Of a DNA stretch of 64,000 nucleotides, positions 53,181 to 62,986 are shown one piece after another; positions within the stretch are counted from its first letter, which is position 1, and every line of letters starts with the position of its first letter. The notes beneath the pieces are model-generated. The model was not told the DNA's origin and did no database searches. It saw only the letters and a program-made list of their open reading frames with translations. The stretch is from an uncultured Pseudomonadota bacterium (GTDB lineage: Bacteria > Oederibacteriota > Muellerivitia > Muellerivitales > Muellerivitaceae), in NCBI GenBank assembly GCA_963836235.1, contig CAWIIP010000004.1, positions 576,001 to 640,000 on the forward strand, given 5' to 3'. The position numbers and the translations under genes were made by a program.

Positions 53181-53552
53181 ATGGCTGAAGGAAACATGTT
53201 CCTGGATAAGAGAGAGCACTCCAGAGTTTTGGTAAAACTTCCCGTTACTTTTAAAGTGGTTGATGAAAAGCTAAAGGACAAGGCTCTTCATAACATGGGG
53301 GAGCATCAGAGAGACGCCGAAAGCTGGGACACGAGCTTGGGTGGTATGTATATTATTTCAAAAGAAACTTTGAAGCCGCAGGATCGTTTAAATCTTAAAA
53401 TCTCCCTTCCGAAAAATGAAACCCCATTAATGGTTTTAGCTGATGTGGTTTGGGCAGATCGATCGGGGGCTGGTCTTCGTTTTGTTGCAATGAAGGAAGA
53501 GGATATTCAAGTGTTGGAAGCTTATTTAAAAGACCTTTCGCCAGAAGACTAA
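53181..53552 (+). CDS. PilZ domain protein
   Basis: KREHSR, DTSLGGM, ADVVWA, GAGLRF; ATG 53181 after purine-rich RBS. Confidence 0.85.
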   Translation: MAEGNMFLDKREHSRVLVKLPVTFKVVDEKLKDKALHNMGEHQRDAESWDTSLGGMYIISKETLKPQDRLNLKISLPKNETPLMVLADVVWADRSGAGLRFVAMKEEDIQVLEAYLKDLSPED

Positions 53553-54385
53553 TTCCATCAGAAATAAATCATCTCGCGTAATTTTCAACCGCCTATTATT
53601 CAAAAAACTATTTTCATCGCTACTATTGTTTGTTCAAACGGAAAGAATGTAATTCTTCTCAATTGCGCTTAGTTTCGCTCCAGCGCGCTTTATGGTTGAA
53701 CATTCATGTTTTTTTGAATGGTATTTTCTGGAAATTTTCGGAAATCCTCATAACCACCTATTTTGGCTTATGACGCGGTAACTATTCACGAATCACAAAA
53801 TTACTGGCCATTAAAGTTTGTTGCCTTCCTAAAAGCATTTAGCGAATATCCTACCTTTCGAAAATTAGAAACAATGAAGGATTTAAATTATTAAAGAAAC
53901 TTAATTTAAATAACTTTAGGTAAACGCTTTCAAAAAATGACTTATAAAAAAACTGGTTGTTCCCTTTAACCTGGCTTCTAATCATAGTAAAAATGAAAAA
54001 TAAAAGCGTTGTTCATCTTGCGCGTAACATTAGCTGGAAATTTCAAGCTATTATTTGTGTGTCGATAAAAGATTCCAGTTAGCTGGTTTTAAGTTGTTCC
54101 GTGGCTGTTCCGCATGAAAGTTAGTTCTGAAGTCATAGCCGTTCATTGCCTTGGACGGCTCCTAAATCCAAAAATAAATTCGCCAGACATTGTTGGGTTA
54201 CTCGAAAACTGAATCAAGCTTTCCACTTATTTTAGCTAAGGGGATTGCTTGAAAGTTAAGCGAGTTGAATAAATTGTCGATTCCCGCTTGGATTCGCGAA
54301 AAGTTAAACCTCTCAGCCGTATCTTTTTGCGAAAGATTAAAAACGATTTTAGGAAATTGCAAACAAACTTTGGAGGCATAAAACC

Positions 54386-57300
54386 ATGAAAGTGTTGAAA
54401 AGTACTATTTTTTCAACGATGTCCAAATTTCCTTTTTTCCCTTCCGGTTTAAAACACATTTGCGCCCTTTTTCTTTTCATCACAGTGTTTTTTGGATTTA
54501 GTGCATATTCGCTCGCCGCCGTATCTTTATGGCAGTCTCTGCCGTTGATCACGCAGTCGAGCCTGAGCGCGGGGAATAGTGGTGGGGAAGGCTGCCAGGT
54601 GATCCAAAATTTCGCGATCGACACCACGGGCCAATTCCTCATGATGGGAACCGATGTGGGTGGGATATTTCGAAGTATTGATGGGGGGGTCAGCTGGCAG
54701 CCCGCCGATACGGGATTTACCCCCCGGGGAGCCTGCGCTTTTGCCATTGATCCCAACAATTCCAACCGGGTGCTGGCGGTGGGGGACAACTCCGCCGCCC
54801 AGCCCTGGAACGGCCTCTGGCTCTCTACCGACCAGGCTTCTTCCTGGACACCGGTTCAGGAAGAAAACTTCCAGGGTTCGGGAACCTATCATGATTCAGC
54901 CGCTTTTGACGCCTCCAGCGTGACGGTGTCGGGTGGAGTGACCTTCAGCGCCGTGGCCTATTGGGTGAATTACTCGGACGGGGGTGGTGGACTGTGGAAA
55001 TCCACTAACGGCGGCAATAGCTGGAGCAAGATCCAAACCGCCTATTCGGATGGTATCGTCAAAGTCAACCCTTCCAGCGGGGCAGTGTACGTGGCCACGG
55101 CCAACGGCTTCTATGTCGGCACCCCCGGGGGATCGAGCTTTACTCAAGTCGTTACCGGTCCGGTGCTGGGATTGGATGTCATCGCCACCCAGCCGAATAA
55201 CGTCTACATCAACGAAGCTAACGGTGTCTATGTTTCCACGAATTCAGGGCAAAGCTTCACCGAAATGGGCAACACCGGACTGCCTACCAGCGCTTCTCCG
55301 GGATTACGTAACCTCAAGGTTAGCCCGGTAAATCCGAACAATATGCTCATCGACGAGGATATGGGGACCTATACCTCCCAAAATTATTACTATTCCTCCA
55401 ATGGTGGTAACAACTGGTCGGCTTGCGCGCTTAACTCTGCCCAAAGCTTTGTCCCACTCAATACCCGGGAATGGCTCTTTGTTTGGAGCCCTACCAACGC
55501 CAACCAGGCCTGGACTTGTGGAGGGGATTTCATCAGCCAAACAACCAATGGAGGAGCTAATTTCGCCTGGTCCAGCAATGGGTACAACGACTTTACCTGC
55601 ACGGGTATTTTTAACTTCAATACCCAAAATCCCAACCTGCTTTTGGTCACCAGCCAGGACTACAACTCGGCCTTTACCGGGGCGGTTACCAACAGCGCAG
55701 TCACATGGGAATATTTGAATGTTTCCGGGCTAGGATGGGGAGGATTCAATTACGGGGGTTACGCATTGAGTTCCACGGTGATGGTGGCCGGTAACTCGGT
55801 GGCTTGGGGGGCGCCCGCTACCCTGATGGTTTCCACCAATGGGGGGAGTAGCTTCACCAGCACAGGATTGGTGGGCAACAATACCCAGACGGCTTGTGGG
55901 GACCCGGTTAGTGCCACGGTGGCTTTTTGGGACAATTACCGCACTATCGATGGAGGAAGCACCTGGCAGGCGATGACCAATTGCGGGGGTGTTTTTACCT
56001 ATGATTCGAACCCCGCAGGGGCTCATGAGCTATATGGGGCTAATGGTTCCATGGTGGTGAAATCCATAGATCATGGGGCTACCTGGACCAACGTGGTGAC
56101 GGTATCGGGAACGGTAGCGGACTTGGCCTATGATTGGAGCGACAACCGGCTCTATATCGTTTCAGGAAGCTCGTTGTTGGAATACAACGGGACATCTACG
56201 ACGAACCTCTCGGGAGTGCTGGCGGCTGACAACGAGGGGAACCAGAGTGTAGTCTCGGTGGCGGTGGACCCGGTAAATCCCACCATTGTTTATGCGGCCT
56301 GGAACGGTGGAAGTTATATGTCAAACCAGGCTATTCGCTATTCGGTGAACGCGGGAGCGACCTGGAGCACGCTGACCAAACAGCCGGGCGACACGGGGAT
56401 GGATGGAGGCAGAGAGTCGGCCTGTGTGAGGGTCAACCCGTTGACCCGCTACCTTTATTCCACCGGGAGCTGTTTTGGGGTCTGGAAATACCCGCCCCCG
56501 GTTTCCGGGTCGCCGACTCCCAGCGCTACACCAACACCCACCAACTTAGGTGGTTTTACCTCTACACTCACACCGACGCATACACCGACTTCTACTGCAA
56601 CGATCACCGGGACAGGTACTCCAACGAAGACACCGGTTGCCACGGCTACTTCGACGCCAAGCCGGACTCCAACTCCCACGATGTCCTGGACTGGAACTAT
56701 GACAGTAATGGGCACTCCGACGGTCACTTTTACGGCGACCAAAAGTTTTACATCTACTTCCACAATTTCTTCCAAGGTTACTTCTATACCACCGACATCT
56801 TCCTTTACTTTTACCAGGACTTTTACTCCTACTGTGACGGTTACGGCAACCAAAACATTGACCTACACGGCTACCTCGACGAACAGTTCAACCCCAACAT
56901 CTACTGCGCCTGGGTTGGCGGCCACATTAACGCCCACCCGAACCTTTACTCCAACTTCAACGTTTACAACGATTCGGACCTCAACACCATCCTTTACAAA
57001 CACTCCGACGGCAACCCAAACCGGTATATTTACTCAAACTCCTTTATTAGCGACCTCTACCTTTTCTCCGACTCAGATCGCAACAACTGTTTTGAGCCCA
57101 AGTTCAACGGCCACTCCAGGAGAAACCTCTGAGGGTTCGGGTGTAATTGGGATTCCCATACCTTATCCAAATCCGGTTACAACCGAAAACGAAATTCGTG
57201 TAAAGCTGAATTTTGGACAACAGGAAGGAACCAGCCGATTAATCCTTATGACAAGCGCTTTCCGAAAAATAAGTGAAGTTTCATTAGGAAATGTAATGCC

Positions 57301-57427
57301 GGGAGAGATGACGGTTGTTATTCCGTTGATTGACAAATCTGGGGAACAGTTGGCCAATGGGGTTTATTACGTGGCGGTAATAACTCTAAAAGGAACGACG
57401 GTTGGAAAATTACTGATTTTGCGGTGA
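54386..57427 (+). CDS. Secreted BNR/Asp-box beta-propeller (GH74/sortilin-like) with Thr-Pro stalk and T9SS-like C-terminal domain
   Basis: GTDVGGIFRSIDGGVSW; repeated S-x-(D/N)-G-G-x-(S/T)-W; PYPNP..LANGVYY..GKLLILR. Confidence 0.82.
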   Translation: MKVLKSTIFSTMSKFPFFPSGLKHICALFLFITVFFGFSAYSLAAVSLWQSLPLITQSSLSAGNSGGEGCQVIQNFAIDTTGQFLMMGTDVGGIFRSIDGGVSWQPADTGFTPRGACAFAIDPNNSNRVLAVGDNSAAQPWNGLWLSTDQASSWTPVQEENFQGSGTYHDSAAFDASSVTVSGGVTFSAVAYWVNYSDGGGGLWKSTNGGNSWSKIQTAYSDGIVKVNPSSGAVYVATANGFYVGTPGGSSFTQVVTGPVLGLDVIATQPNNVYINEANGVYVSTNSGQSFTEMGNTGLPTSASPGLRNLKVSPVNPNNMLIDEDMGTYTSQNYYYSSNGGNNWSACALNSAQSFVPLNTREWLFVWSPTNANQAWTCGGDFISQTTNGGANFAWSSNGYNDFTCTGIFNFNTQNPNLLLVTSQDYNSAFTGAVTNSAVTWEYLNVSGLGWGGFNYGGYALSSTVMVAGNSVAWGAPATLMVSTNGGSSFTSTGLVGNNTQTACGDPVSATVAFWDNYRTIDGGSTWQAMTNCGGVFTYDSNPAGAHELYGANGSMVVKSIDHGATWTNVVTVSGTVADLAYDWSDNRLYIVSGSSLLEYNGTSTTNLSGVLAADNEGNQSVVSVAVDPVNPTIVYAAWNGGSYMSNQAIRYSVNAGATWSTLTKQPGDTGMDGGRESACVRVNPLTRYLYSTGSCFGVWKYPPPVSGSPTPSATPTPTNLGGFTSTLTPTHTPTSTATITGTGTPTKTPVATATSTPSRTPTPTMSWTGTMTVMGTPTVTFTATKSFTSTSTISSKVTSIPPTSSFTFTRTFTPTVTVTATKTLTYTATSTNSSTPTSTAPGLAATLTPTRTFTPTSTFTTIRTSTPSFTNTPTATQTGIFTQTPLLATSTFSPTQIATTVLSPSSTATPGETSEGSGVIGIPIPYPNPVTTENEIRVKLNFGQQEGTSRLILMTSAFRKISEVSLGNVMPGEMTVVIPLIDKSGEQLANGVYYVAVITLKGTTVGKLLILR

Positions 57428-57562
57428 TTTTTGGAAGTCGAAAATAACTGTTTTATCTTCCGCTAATATTGGAAAAAAACGCTGTCTCTAACTAATGTGG
57501 ACTTCCTTGAGGCGCTTGTCAAAAGGGGCCACAAAGCGGGAGTGGTTTCTCTTAACTCGGAT

Positions 57563-59575
57563 TTAGGGATAAGTTACCGTAAGTTTGGGATAAGGCGTTT
57601 TAAGTGACGTAACCTGCGAGGTGGGTACTTGGTTGTTTGATATGTTCAAAACGGATCCAGTGGCTTTAAGCCCTGGGACGGGTGTACTAATAAGATTGCT
57701 AATGGAAGTGATGGCATTGTTGGACAAATCGAGAGTGAGGGCAGTTGCAAGGGTCCCAAGCCCCGGTAAAGCGGGAACAGCTCCGCTGAGGCTGTCGTAT
57801 TCAAAAATGACATCTTGCGCGCTGGTCCAGCCCGATATCGGAGAGATGTTCGAAATAGGGTTGCTGCTCAAGTCGGCCGTTTGAAGCTGAGTGAGGGCGG
57901 TTGTGCTAGAAATATCCGTAATCCCCCTGTTGCCGGCATCAAGCAACTGTAAATTGGTCAATTTGTTCAAAACCGTTACACCGCCTACGAATCCGCCATT
58001 TTCAAGCGTTCCACCATCACCGTACATATAAAGGCTCTGGAGATTGCTTAAGGGTGCCAAGGGCGCAAGGCTGGTAACGGGTTGGGCTGAAAATTCAAGT
58101 TCGGTAAGATTGGTCAAGGTCGACACTGGTCCAAGATTAGTGAGTGCCCCAGGAAAAAAGACATCGCCTTCCGCCGTGCCTGACCTTATCTCAAGTCCTT
58201 GAAGACTTTTGATTCCCGACAGGGGTGAAAGATCACTCAAGGTATTGTTGTAATCCACATCCAGGAAGATTAGGTTGCCTGTAACCGATAAAGGTTCAAG
58301 GGGTGTCAAGTCGGTGATGTTGTTGCTTTCCAAATAGAGATTAACGAGGTTTGTGCAATTTTGCAGGCCTTGCAAGCTAGTAATGGGACCCAAAATAGTC
58401 ACGTAATGCCCATCCCCACGTGCGATTAAAGAGTTGTTATTGGCCACTAATTCTGTAAGTCCGGTTAGAGAAACCTTGTTGATAGTAATTGTGGCGTTGG
58501 GAGTGGCCGTTTCCAGAGTCTCGAGGACTGCTTGATAGAGATTGGGGTCGGGAATGATGCTGGTTTGTGTCGGAGTTCCCGTGACCGTGGGTGTTGCGGA
58601 AGAGGTGCCGACCGTTGCGGTAGCCGTATTTGTGGAAGTATTGGTCGGGGTCGAACTGACAGTAGTTGTAGGGGAGGCGGTAGAAGTATTAGTTGAGGTC
58701 AAGCTGGAAGTGATACTTGGAGAAGGTGTTGAAGTTGCACTGGGGAGCGGGCTCTTTGTATTAGTAGGAGTAAAGGTTGGGGTTGAACTCGGAGTGAATG
58801 TAGGAGAATCAGTAAAGGTGGTTGTGAAAGAGTAGGTTGGAGTGCCTGTAGGCGTTGAACTGAAAGTGCTGGTGGGAGAGGGGGTTAGAGTCGAGCTGGG
58901 CAAAGGGCTATTAGTGTTTGATGGGGTAAAAGTGGATGTTGAAGTTGGGGTGTTTGTTTGCGAGAGGGTTGGCGTGTCTGTGGGGGTTGAACTAAAAGTG
59001 GTGGTGAGGGAAGGGGTTGGAGTCGAGGTGGGCAAAGGACTATTTGTGTCTGAAGGGGTAAAAGTGGGTGTTGGACTTGGTGTGTCAGTGGGAGAGTAGG
59101 TTCGGGTGCTTGTGGATGTCGAAGTGAAAGTGGCGGTGAGGGAAGGGGTTGGAGTCAAACTCGGAAAGGGACTATCCGTGTCCGTAGGGGTGAAAGTTGG
59201 CGTCTGACTTGAGGTGGGTGTGAGGGATTCGGTTGGTGTATCGGTAGTCGTTGAACTGGAAGTGCTGCTTGGAGAAGACGTTAGTGTTGCACTGGGAAAA
59301 GGGGTATTTGTGCCAGTAAACATAAAAGTAGGTGTTGAACTTGTGGTAAATACCGGAGTTTCGGTTTGGGTGCCAGAAGGAGTTGATGTTGTGGTGAAAG
59401 TAGTCGTTTGTGATGTGGATTGAGTCGGGCTGGGTGTGTCAGGTGAAGAAGTTGAAGTTGGTTCGCCACTGTTACTGTCTGGGGATGTGGGGTTTTTCTT
59501 TGAGCCGCAACCAGAGTAAAAAACCGAGGTGAATAGCAATAAAATAATAATCCAAGTTTTGTCGAGGTTAGCCAT
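57563..59575 (-). CDS. Lipoprotein with Thr/Ser/Pro stalk and internalin-like LRR domain
   Basis: Lipobox YSGC; IPDPNL cap; ITSLQGLQNCTNLVNLYLESNNITDLTPL. Confidence 0.85.
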   Translation of the reverse strand: MANLDKTWIIILLLFTSVFYSGCGSKKNPTSPDSNSGEPTSTSSPDTPSPTQSTSQTTTFTTTSTPSGTQTETPVFTTSSTPTFMFTGTNTPFPSATLTSSPSSTSSSTTTDTPTESLTPTSSQTPTFTPTDTDSPFPSLTPTPSLTATFTSTSTSTRTYSPTDTPSPTPTFTPSDTNSPLPTSTPTPSLTTTFSSTPTDTPTLSQTNTPTSTSTFTPSNTNSPLPSSTLTPSPTSTFSSTPTGTPTYSFTTTFTDSPTFTPSSTPTFTPTNTKSPLPSATSTPSPSITSSLTSTNTSTASPTTTVSSTPTNTSTNTATATVGTSSATPTVTGTPTQTSIIPDPNLYQAVLETLETATPNATITINKVSLTGLTELVANNNSLIARGDGHYVTILGPITSLQGLQNCTNLVNLYLESNNITDLTPLEPLSVTGNLIFLDVDYNNTLSDLSPLSGIKSLQGLEIRSGTAEGDVFFPGALTNLGPVSTLTNLTELEFSAQPVTSLAPLAPLSNLQSLYMYGDGGTLENGGFVGGVTVLNKLTNLQLLDAGNRGITDISSTTALTQLQTADLSSNPISNISPISGWTSAQDVIFEYDSLSGAVPALPGLGTLATALTLDLSNNAITSISNLISTPVPGLKATGSVLNISNNQVPTSQVTSLKTPYPKLTVTYP

Positions 59576-59651
59576 GAGCCCCTAAAATAAGATTCAAAAA
59601 ACGAAAAAAATATCCCGAAAAAGTGGGTCGTTTTTTTTCCTTATCTTTTAA

Positions 59652-61175
59652 TCAGGGATAAGTTACTGAAAGATTTGGATAAGTTGTCTGAATAGCCGTA
59701 GCTTGTGCGGTAGGCACGTGGTTGCCTGATATGTTCAATACAGATCCAGCAGTATTGAACCCTGGCACGGGAGTGCTAATCAGATTTGAAATGTCGGCTA
59801 TGACATTGTGTGACACATCCAGATTTGCGGGTGCGGTTGAGGTTCCAAATCCCGGGAGGGCCGGAACCGGGTTTACATTATTGTTATATTCCAAAGTTAC
59901 GCCTTGGGCACTGGGCCAAGTCCCCACAACCGTAAAATCAGAAATGGAATTATGCGATAAATTGACTGTTTGCAGAGAGGCGAGGGACGCGGCGCTGGAG
60001 ATGTCCGTGATCCCCCTTGCGCTGGCATCAAGTAATAGCAAGTATTTGAAATTGCTCAAAACAGTAACACCTCCAGTGAAAGGGGGATCTCCGGTTACAC
60101 CGTACATATAGAGGTATTGGAGGTTAAACATATTTGCCAAGGGCGCAAGACTAGTGACGGGCTGACCTGAAATTTCGACCTCGGTTATGGAGGTGAGCGG
60201 CGCTAACGGTAACAAGCTGGTTATCGACCCAAGGGAGTCACCCCCAATGTATGAACCTGACCTGGCCTCAAAGTTTTGAAGATTGTATAAGCCGGACAGG
60301 GGTGTGAGATCGCTAAGATTGTTGTTGTAATCCAAATGAAGACCTATGAGGCCAACGAGTTGTGAGACTGGACTCAAGTCGGTGATATCGTTGGCTTCCA
60401 AATAAAGGGCAAAAAGACTGCCGGAGCAATTTTGCAGGCCTTGCAAGCTCGTGATGGGGCCCGAAATAGATACATAGCCGGAATATCCCCGGGTATTACC
60501 TGGGTCGTTATCCGCTACCAATTTTGTCAGTCCAGCCATAGAAGCCTGGGTGACTGTAACGGGGCCTGGTGTGAGTGTTTCCAGAGTCTCAAAGACGGCT
60601 TGGTAGAGATTGGGATCGGGAATGATAGGGGTTTGAGTAGGGGTTGAAGTGACCGTTGATGAGGCAGTGGTGGTTGCCGTGGAAGAGGGGGTCGAGGTGA
60701 TAGTATTTGTTGCTGTATCAGTAGGCGTGGAGGATACAGTGTTTGTTCCTGTTGTCGTTGGAGTGTCAGTAATGGTTGGAGAGGGTGTGGACGTTGCGGT
60801 AAAAATAAACGTGGTCGTAGAAGTTGAAGTTGGGGTGGAAGTAGGGGTATCGGTTGGATCGTTTGTGGGGGTTGGAGACGAAGTGAATGTTGCGGTGGAA
60901 GTGGGAGAAGAGGTAGGGCTGGCTATTGAAGTGTTGGTGCTGGTGGAAGAAGGTGTGGAAGTTGCCGTGGAAGTGGTGGTAGAGGTAGGGCTGAAAACCG
61001 AAGTTTTAGTGCTGGTTGTGGAAGGAGTGGAGGTTACCGTGGAAGTCGGGGCACTTCCACCACTGTTATTATTTGAGGGAGAAGATGGATTGTTTTTCCC
61101 CGGACAACCTAATGTTAAAAAGGTAAACCCGGTCAAAAGTGAAAAAACCCATACAACGCGATAAGAAATCATCAT
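59652..61175 (-). CDS. Lipoprotein with Thr/Ser/Pro stalk and internalin-like LRR domain
   Basis: Lipobox TLGC; IPDPNL; LRRs paralogous to neighbours; ends SVTYP. Confidence 0.85.
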   Translation of the reverse strand: MMISYRVVWVFSLLTGFTFLTLGCPGKNNPSSPSNNNSGGSAPTSTVTSTPSTTSTKTSVFSPTSTTTSTATSTPSSTSTNTSIASPTSSPTSTATFTSSPTPTNDPTDTPTSTPTSTSTTTFIFTATSTPSPTITDTPTTTGTNTVSSTPTDTATNTITSTPSSTATTTASSTVTSTPTQTPIIPDPNLYQAVFETLETLTPGPVTVTQASMAGLTKLVADNDPGNTRGYSGYVSISGPITSLQGLQNCSGSLFALYLEANDITDLSPVSQLVGLIGLHLDYNNNLSDLTPLSGLYNLQNFEARSGSYIGGDSLGSITSLLPLAPLTSITEVEISGQPVTSLAPLANMFNLQYLYMYGVTGDPPFTGGVTVLSNFKYLLLLDASARGITDISSAASLASLQTVNLSHNSISDFTVVGTWPSAQGVTLEYNNNVNPVPALPGFGTSTAPANLDVSHNVIADISNLISTPVPGFNTAGSVLNISGNHVPTAQATAIQTTYPNLSVTYP

Positions 61176-61210
61176 CTCCCCCTCAAAAAATAAATAATAA
61201 AACCTTTAAA

Positions 61211-62986
61211 TCAAGGCCCGGTTATTACAAGGTGTGAATAAGTTGACTGTAGGGTTGGTTTCTGTGCTGTTAGTCCCGTGTCATTTGTAATGATAAAGCT
61301 TGAGCCCCCGGTATAGGTAAAGCCGGGAACACTATTGGGGAGGGTGTAAAGATTGACCATGCTGTTGATAGTGTTGTTTGACAAGTCGAGATAAAGCTTA
61401 GCGGACGAAATGCCTAGACTATTCAAGGCTGGAATCGAAGGAATTGTGACGCTGTTGAATTCTATGATCACGCTTACGGCACTGCTCCAAGACCCTATCG
61501 GTGAAATGTCAACAATGCTGTTGTTGCTCAAATCTGTAACCTGCATTCCAGTGATGGAAGACAGGCTTGAAATAGAAGTGATCGCGTTAGAATCGGCATA
61601 TAGAGTATTCAGCGAGGGGAAATTAGTGCCAGTTAATACAGTGACTCCCTGAATGCTATTGCCCTGAATATTTAGGAAATTGAGACTAATGAGGCCTGTT
61701 AAGGCTGAGATGTCGGTTAATTTAGGGCTGATGTTTCCAAGACCAAGGTGTTGAAGGCCGTTCAACCCAGTTAACGCTGACACCGAAGTAATACCGGTAT
61801 TATTAAGTAAAAGAACCTGAAGTTTAGTTAGGTTGGACAAAGGGGCAATGTTTGTTACGCCAGCATTTCCGCCCAGGTCAACAGTCGTAAGATTGGTAAG
61901 ACCGGCGATCGGGGTCAAGTCGGTAATGGAATTGCTTTCCATAATGAGGTTGGTAAGGCTTGTGCAATATTGTAATCCTTGCAAGCTTGTTACCCCGGCG
62001 CTATTCACGGTGAGTCCAAAGGGGGAGTCGAGAGCGTTTAAATCAGCAACTGTAATAGTTGTGGGGACGCTGATTCCCTGGGCAATCAACTCAGCTTTAA
62101 CCGATGAGTAGAGGTTTGGATCTGGGATTAGTAATGTGGGAGTGGATGTGACTGTAGGAGAAGCAGTTGATGTTGGCGTTGAAGTGATAGTGTTTGTGGC
62201 AGTTTTGGTGGCAGTTGAAGTAACAGTTGAGGATGCTGTGTTTGTTCCAGTAGCAGTTGGGCTGGAAGTCGGAGTGGAGGTTGCAGTTTTCGTTGAAGTA
62301 CCCGTCACGGTTGAGGAAGGTGTTAATGTTGCGGTATTGGCGAAAGTATTTGTGGGTGTCTGAGTTGGAGTTGAAGAAGGTGTGTTAGTAGTGGTTGAAG
62401 TAGTAGTAAAAGTTGGGCTGTTAGTTGGCGTGTCGGTGAAGATGGGTGTGTTAGTAGTGGTTGAAGTAGTAGTAAAGGTTGGACTATCAGTTGGCGTGTC
62501 GGTGAAGATAGGAGTGTTGGTAATAGTAGAAGTAGTGGTAGAGGTTGGGCTGTTAGTTGGAGTGTCGGTGGAGATAGGGGTGTTGGTAGTAGTAGAAGTA
62601 GTAGTGGAGGTTGGACTGTCAGTTGGAGTGTCGGTGGCGATAGGGGTGTTGGTGGTGGTAGAAGTGGTAGTGAAGGTTGGACTATCAGTTGGAGTATTGC
62701 TGAAAAGAGGCGTGTTGGTGATGGTTTGAGAAGGAGTGGATGTTACAGATAAAGTGGATGTGGTGGAACTGGTAGAAGTAGGCGTGGATGTTAGAGTGAA
62801 AACGGGGGTTTTGGTTACAGTTGAAGTAGGGGTAGAAGTTGAAGTGGAGGAACTAGTGGGGTTTTGCCCACCACCGTTAGTATTGGATGAGGGCGAAGTT
62901 GGATTGTTTTTCCCAGGACAACCGATCATTAAAAATGTAATTCCCATCAAGAGTGTAAAAATCCAAATGTTGCGATTCGAAATCAT
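61211..62986 (-). CDS. Lipoprotein with Thr/Ser/Pro stalk (22-aa repeats) and internalin-like LRR domain
   Basis: Lipobox MIGC; start moved to ATG 62986; IPDPNL; LRRs such as ITDLTPIAGLTNLTTVDL. Confidence 0.85.
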   Translation of the reverse strand: MISNRNIWIFTLLMGITFLMIGCPGKNNPTSPSSNTNGGGQNPTSSSTSTSTPTSTVTKTPVFTLTSTPTSTSSTTSTLSVTSTPSQTITNTPLFSNTPTDSPTFTTTSTTTNTPIATDTPTDSPTSTTTSTTTNTPISTDTPTNSPTSTTTSTITNTPIFTDTPTDSPTFTTTSTTTNTPIFTDTPTNSPTFTTTSTTTNTPSSTPTQTPTNTFANTATLTPSSTVTGTSTKTATSTPTSSPTATGTNTASSTVTSTATKTATNTITSTPTSTASPTVTSTPTLLIPDPNLYSSVKAELIAQGISVPTTITVADLNALDSPFGLTVNSAGVTSLQGLQYCTSLTNLIMESNSITDLTPIAGLTNLTTVDLGGNAGVTNIAPLSNLTKLQVLLLNNTGITSVSALTGLNGLQHLGLGNISPKLTDISALTGLISLNFLNIQGNSIQGVTVLTGTNFPSLNTLYADSNAITSISSLSSITGMQVTDLSNNSIVDISPIGSWSSAVSVIIEFNSVTIPSIPALNSLGISSAKLYLDLSNNTINSMVNLYTLPNSVPGFTYTGGSSFIITNDTGLTAQKPTLQSTYSHLVITGP

